Positions 15,055 through 16,881 of a stretch of DNA of 16,881 nucleotides are shown one piece after another; the stretch's first letter is position 1, and every line of letters begins with the position of its first letter. Origin of the DNA: Gemmatimonadota bacterium (GTDB taxonomy: Bacteria; Latescibacterota; UBA2968; UBA8231). The DNA lies in contig JAYOYH010000023.1 in NCBI GenBank assembly GCA_038153405.1, forward strand, positions 1-16,881, read 5' to 3'. The notes under the pieces were generated by a model, which did no database searches, had not been told where the DNA came from, and saw nothing but the letters and a program-made list of their open reading frames with translations. Made by a program: the position numbers and the translations under genes.

Positions 15055-16515
15055 TCAATAGGCCCCTTGTATGCGCCCATACCAGCTGTATAGGGGGTCT
15101 TTTAAATCGACCATATACGCGTCCATGCGCTGCATGAGATCGCGCCGCACCTCCTCGTACTCGGGCTTGCCGTACACATTGTGTAGCTGGTAGGGGTCGC
15201 ACTGCAGATCGTACAGCTCACCCGGATCGCCAGAATTAAAGGTGAATTGGTGGGTGCGAGTGCGCACCATGCGCTGGTTGGCGACGGTGAAATGGCGGTC
15301 GAAAACGCAGTATACTTCTTCGCGCCCGTTGCTGTACGGACGCCCTTCAATGGCAGGTAAAAAAGACGCGCCGTCCATGTGCTCGGGCACGGCGAGGCCG
15401 GCCGCATCCAGCGCCGATAGCATAACTTCCTGAAGATAGACAAACTCGTCGCAGGAGCCGCCGGGCGTCTGGCACTGTGGATGGGCGACGACGAGCGGAA
15501 TGCGGTAGATCTCGTCGTACATAAACTCGCCCTTTTCGATGAGCTTGTGCGCGCCTAAGCAGTCGCCGTGATCGGCTGTATAGACGATGATGGTGTTGTC
15601 CAACTGGCCCATTTTTTCCAGATGCGCTACCACGCGGCCAACCATATCGTCGAGCAGCGTGCAGTGGCCGAAGTAGCGCGCGGCGATTTGTTGGAAGCCC
15701 TCCCAGCCGTAGTCGCCCAGTCCCCACAGCCGCTCGATCAGCTGCTGGCGGTAGGGCTTGTCGACAAAGGTCTCGCCATAGCTGGGATGCTCGGGTATAT
15801 CCTTGGGATCATACATGGAAAAGTACGGTTCGGGTACTAACGATGGGCTGTGCGGCCCCCAGAAATTGGCCCACAGGAAAAACGGCTCGTCGTCGCGGCC
15901 GATTTCGTCGAGGACGCGGATGGCCTCATCGGCGACAAAGTACTCGATGCACGATTCGACTGGCCCCTCGTGTAGAGCGAACATTTCCTGTGCTTGGTTG
16001 GATGGATTGGTGCCGACATAGCGTTTCGATACGCTGGGCGCCGGGTCAAAACCGCGCTCTTTGAGGTAGTCTGCATAGGGGTTGTGCCCCTTGGGACGCG
16101 CGCCAAACTGCAGGCCGGGCAGCACGCCTGAGCCGGGAAAGGCGTAGCCGAGAAAGTCCTGGCCGACGAAGCCGTAGCCGCTGGGCCCCGTCTCCTCGTC
16201 GACGTGCCACTTGCCAGCATAACCGCAGCGATAGCCGGTCTCCTGCAGGTAGTGGTTGACGCCGCGCACGTCGTCTTTGAGACAGAGCCCGTTGCCGGTG
16301 ACGCCGTGCTTGTGCGGGTAGAGGCCAGTGTAAAAGGAGGCGCGCGCCGGCGAGCAGATAGCCGTCGGCGTAAAGGCGGCATCAAAGCGCATACCGCGGG
16401 CGGCCAATGCGTCGATATGGGGCGTTTTGCATATATCGTTGAGCCCGTAGGCCGATACGGTGTCGAGGCGCTGCTGGTCGGACATGAGCACGACGATATT
16501 GGGTTTCTTGGACAT
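15055..16515 (-). CDS. Cys-type (formylglycine-dependent) sulfatase, family S1
   Basis: 486 aa from ATG 16515 (MSKKPNIVVLMSDQQR). Signature CSPARASFYTG (CxPxR), GYAGKWH, GPH, YTADHGD, EKG, ELYDL..DPYQ. No signal peptide is evident. The ORF-track extension to 16881 looks like non-coding DNA. Confidence 0.93.
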   Translation of the reverse strand: MSKKPNIVVLMSDQQRLDTVSAYGLNDICKTPHIDALAARGMRFDAAFTPTAICSPARASFYTGLYPHKHGVTGNGLCLKDDVRGVNHYLQETGYRCGYAGKWHVDEETGPSGYGFVGQDFLGYAFPGSGVLPGLQFGARPKGHNPYADYLKERGFDPAPSVSKRYVGTNPSNQAQEMFALHEGPVESCIEYFVADEAIRVLDEIGRDDEPFFLWANFWGPHSPSLVPEPYFSMYDPKDIPEHPSYGETFVDKPYRQQLIERLWGLGDYGWEGFQQIAARYFGHCTLLDDMVGRVVAHLEKMGQLDNTIIVYTADHGDCLGAHKLIEKGEFMYDEIYRIPLVVAHPQCQTPGGSCDEFVYLQEVMLSALDAAGLAVPEHMDGASFLPAIEGRPYSNGREEVYCVFDRHFTVANQRMVRTRTHQFTFNSGDPGELYDLQCDPYQLHNVYGKPEYEEVRRDLMQRMDAYMVDLKDPLYSWYGRIQGAY

Positions 16516-16717
16516 TGAATCTCGCTTTGCTAACGGGTAGAATAGAGCCGTTGGACGCGCTGTATACATGGCCGTGCGATGGCATAGAACGCGCTGAGGT
16601 ATGAGTAATAAATGGGTCGCATATAGGCAAGCACGCACCGGCCGCGTGGAAGGGCGATCTGCGCTCGGCAAATGGCTCTTGGGCAATGCGTCGCAGCGCT
16701 CGGCGCTCGGCCAACAG

Positions 16718-16746
16718 TTGAAACGCGTTGGGGCCTGCAATAGATT
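16718..16746 (+). promoter_or_regulatory. Putative sigma70 promoter of the right-edge gene
   Basis: TTGAAA (16718-16723), 17-nt spacer, TAGATT (16741-16746). Confidence 0.6.
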
Positions 16747-16807
16747 TCGTCTATCCCTATGGGACGGAGAGCACGTGGCGAACAAAGAGCTTGCTGGAAG
16801 GATATTC

Positions 16808-16881
16808 ATGGAGTTTATCAAGAAGGCATCGGCACCGGATGAGGCCGTTGATCGGTCCATCCGCCAGCGCGTCGAGGCCAT
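16808..16881 (+). CDS. N-terminus of a gene running off the window; probable histidinol dehydrogenase-family protein (HisD paralog / HpsN-like)
   Basis: GGAAGGA RBS, ATG 16808, open frame MEFIKKASAPDEAVDRSIRQRVEA(I/M). This resembles the short N-terminus I recall for HpsN-type HisD paralogs (YLKK...VRxxVxxI). It is absent from the ORF track because it is truncated, and only 24 codons are visible. Confidence 0.5.
   Translation, partial: MEFIKKASAPDEAVDRSIRQRVEA

Noticed and set aside
338..16714. Many long alternative-frame and antisense ORFs (e.g. 338-1090, 2308-3015, 2622-3284, 3331-4032, 5101-5787, 5936-6787, 6969-7682, 8957-9565)
   Set aside because: They overlap well-supported genes, are Arg/Ala/Pro-rich without family motifs, and are expected shadows in GC-rich coding DNA.
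16516..16881. 122-aa N-terminal extension of the sulfatase in the ORF track
   Set aside because: The sulfatase fold begins at MSKKPNIV. The extension looks non-protein-like and spans the promoter and start of the opposite-strand gene.
1..16881. tRNA, rRNA, CRISPR array, transposase, integrase or riboswitch
   Set aside because: All intergenic gaps are under 300 bp, and I saw no cloverleaf, spaced direct repeats, terminal inverted repeats or recognisable riboswitch consensus. An Rfam/Infernal scan would be needed to exclude small RNAs.

Overview
GC-rich, densely coding bacterial chromosomal segment with 11 complete and 2 edge-truncated CDSs. I saw no RNA genes, mobile elements or CRISPR arrays. 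Left to right: 3' end of a PhyH-family 2OG/Fe(II) dioxygenase; a GT2 glycosyltransferase; a ~992-aa DEAD/DEAH + DUF1998 (MrfA/YprA/SftH/Hrq1-type) helicase fused to a C-terminal RNase H-fold DEDD 3'-5' exonuclease; a KdgD/DHDPS-fold enzyme with atypical active-site residues, divergent from a probable four-gene operon (IlvD/Edd dehydratase, COG4091 homoserine-dehydrogenase-like/SAF oxidoreductase, M20 amidohydrolase, Gfo/Idh/MocA oxidoreductase); an extended Rid (YjgF) family protein divergent from an SGNH hydrolase; a GT-C-type membrane glycosyltransferase with C-terminal TPR-like repeats; a Cys-type sulfatase; and the first 24 codons of a probable HisD/HpsN-family dehydrogenase. Five sigma70-like promoters with 17-bp spacers can be read from the intergenic DNA, and two of them correct ORF-track start sites. 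The best leads are the single-chain helicase-exonuclease fusion and a possible undescribed catabolic pathway for a modified sugar acid, built from several enzymes with non-canonical catalytic motifs. All family calls come from motif recognition by eye; no database search was run.
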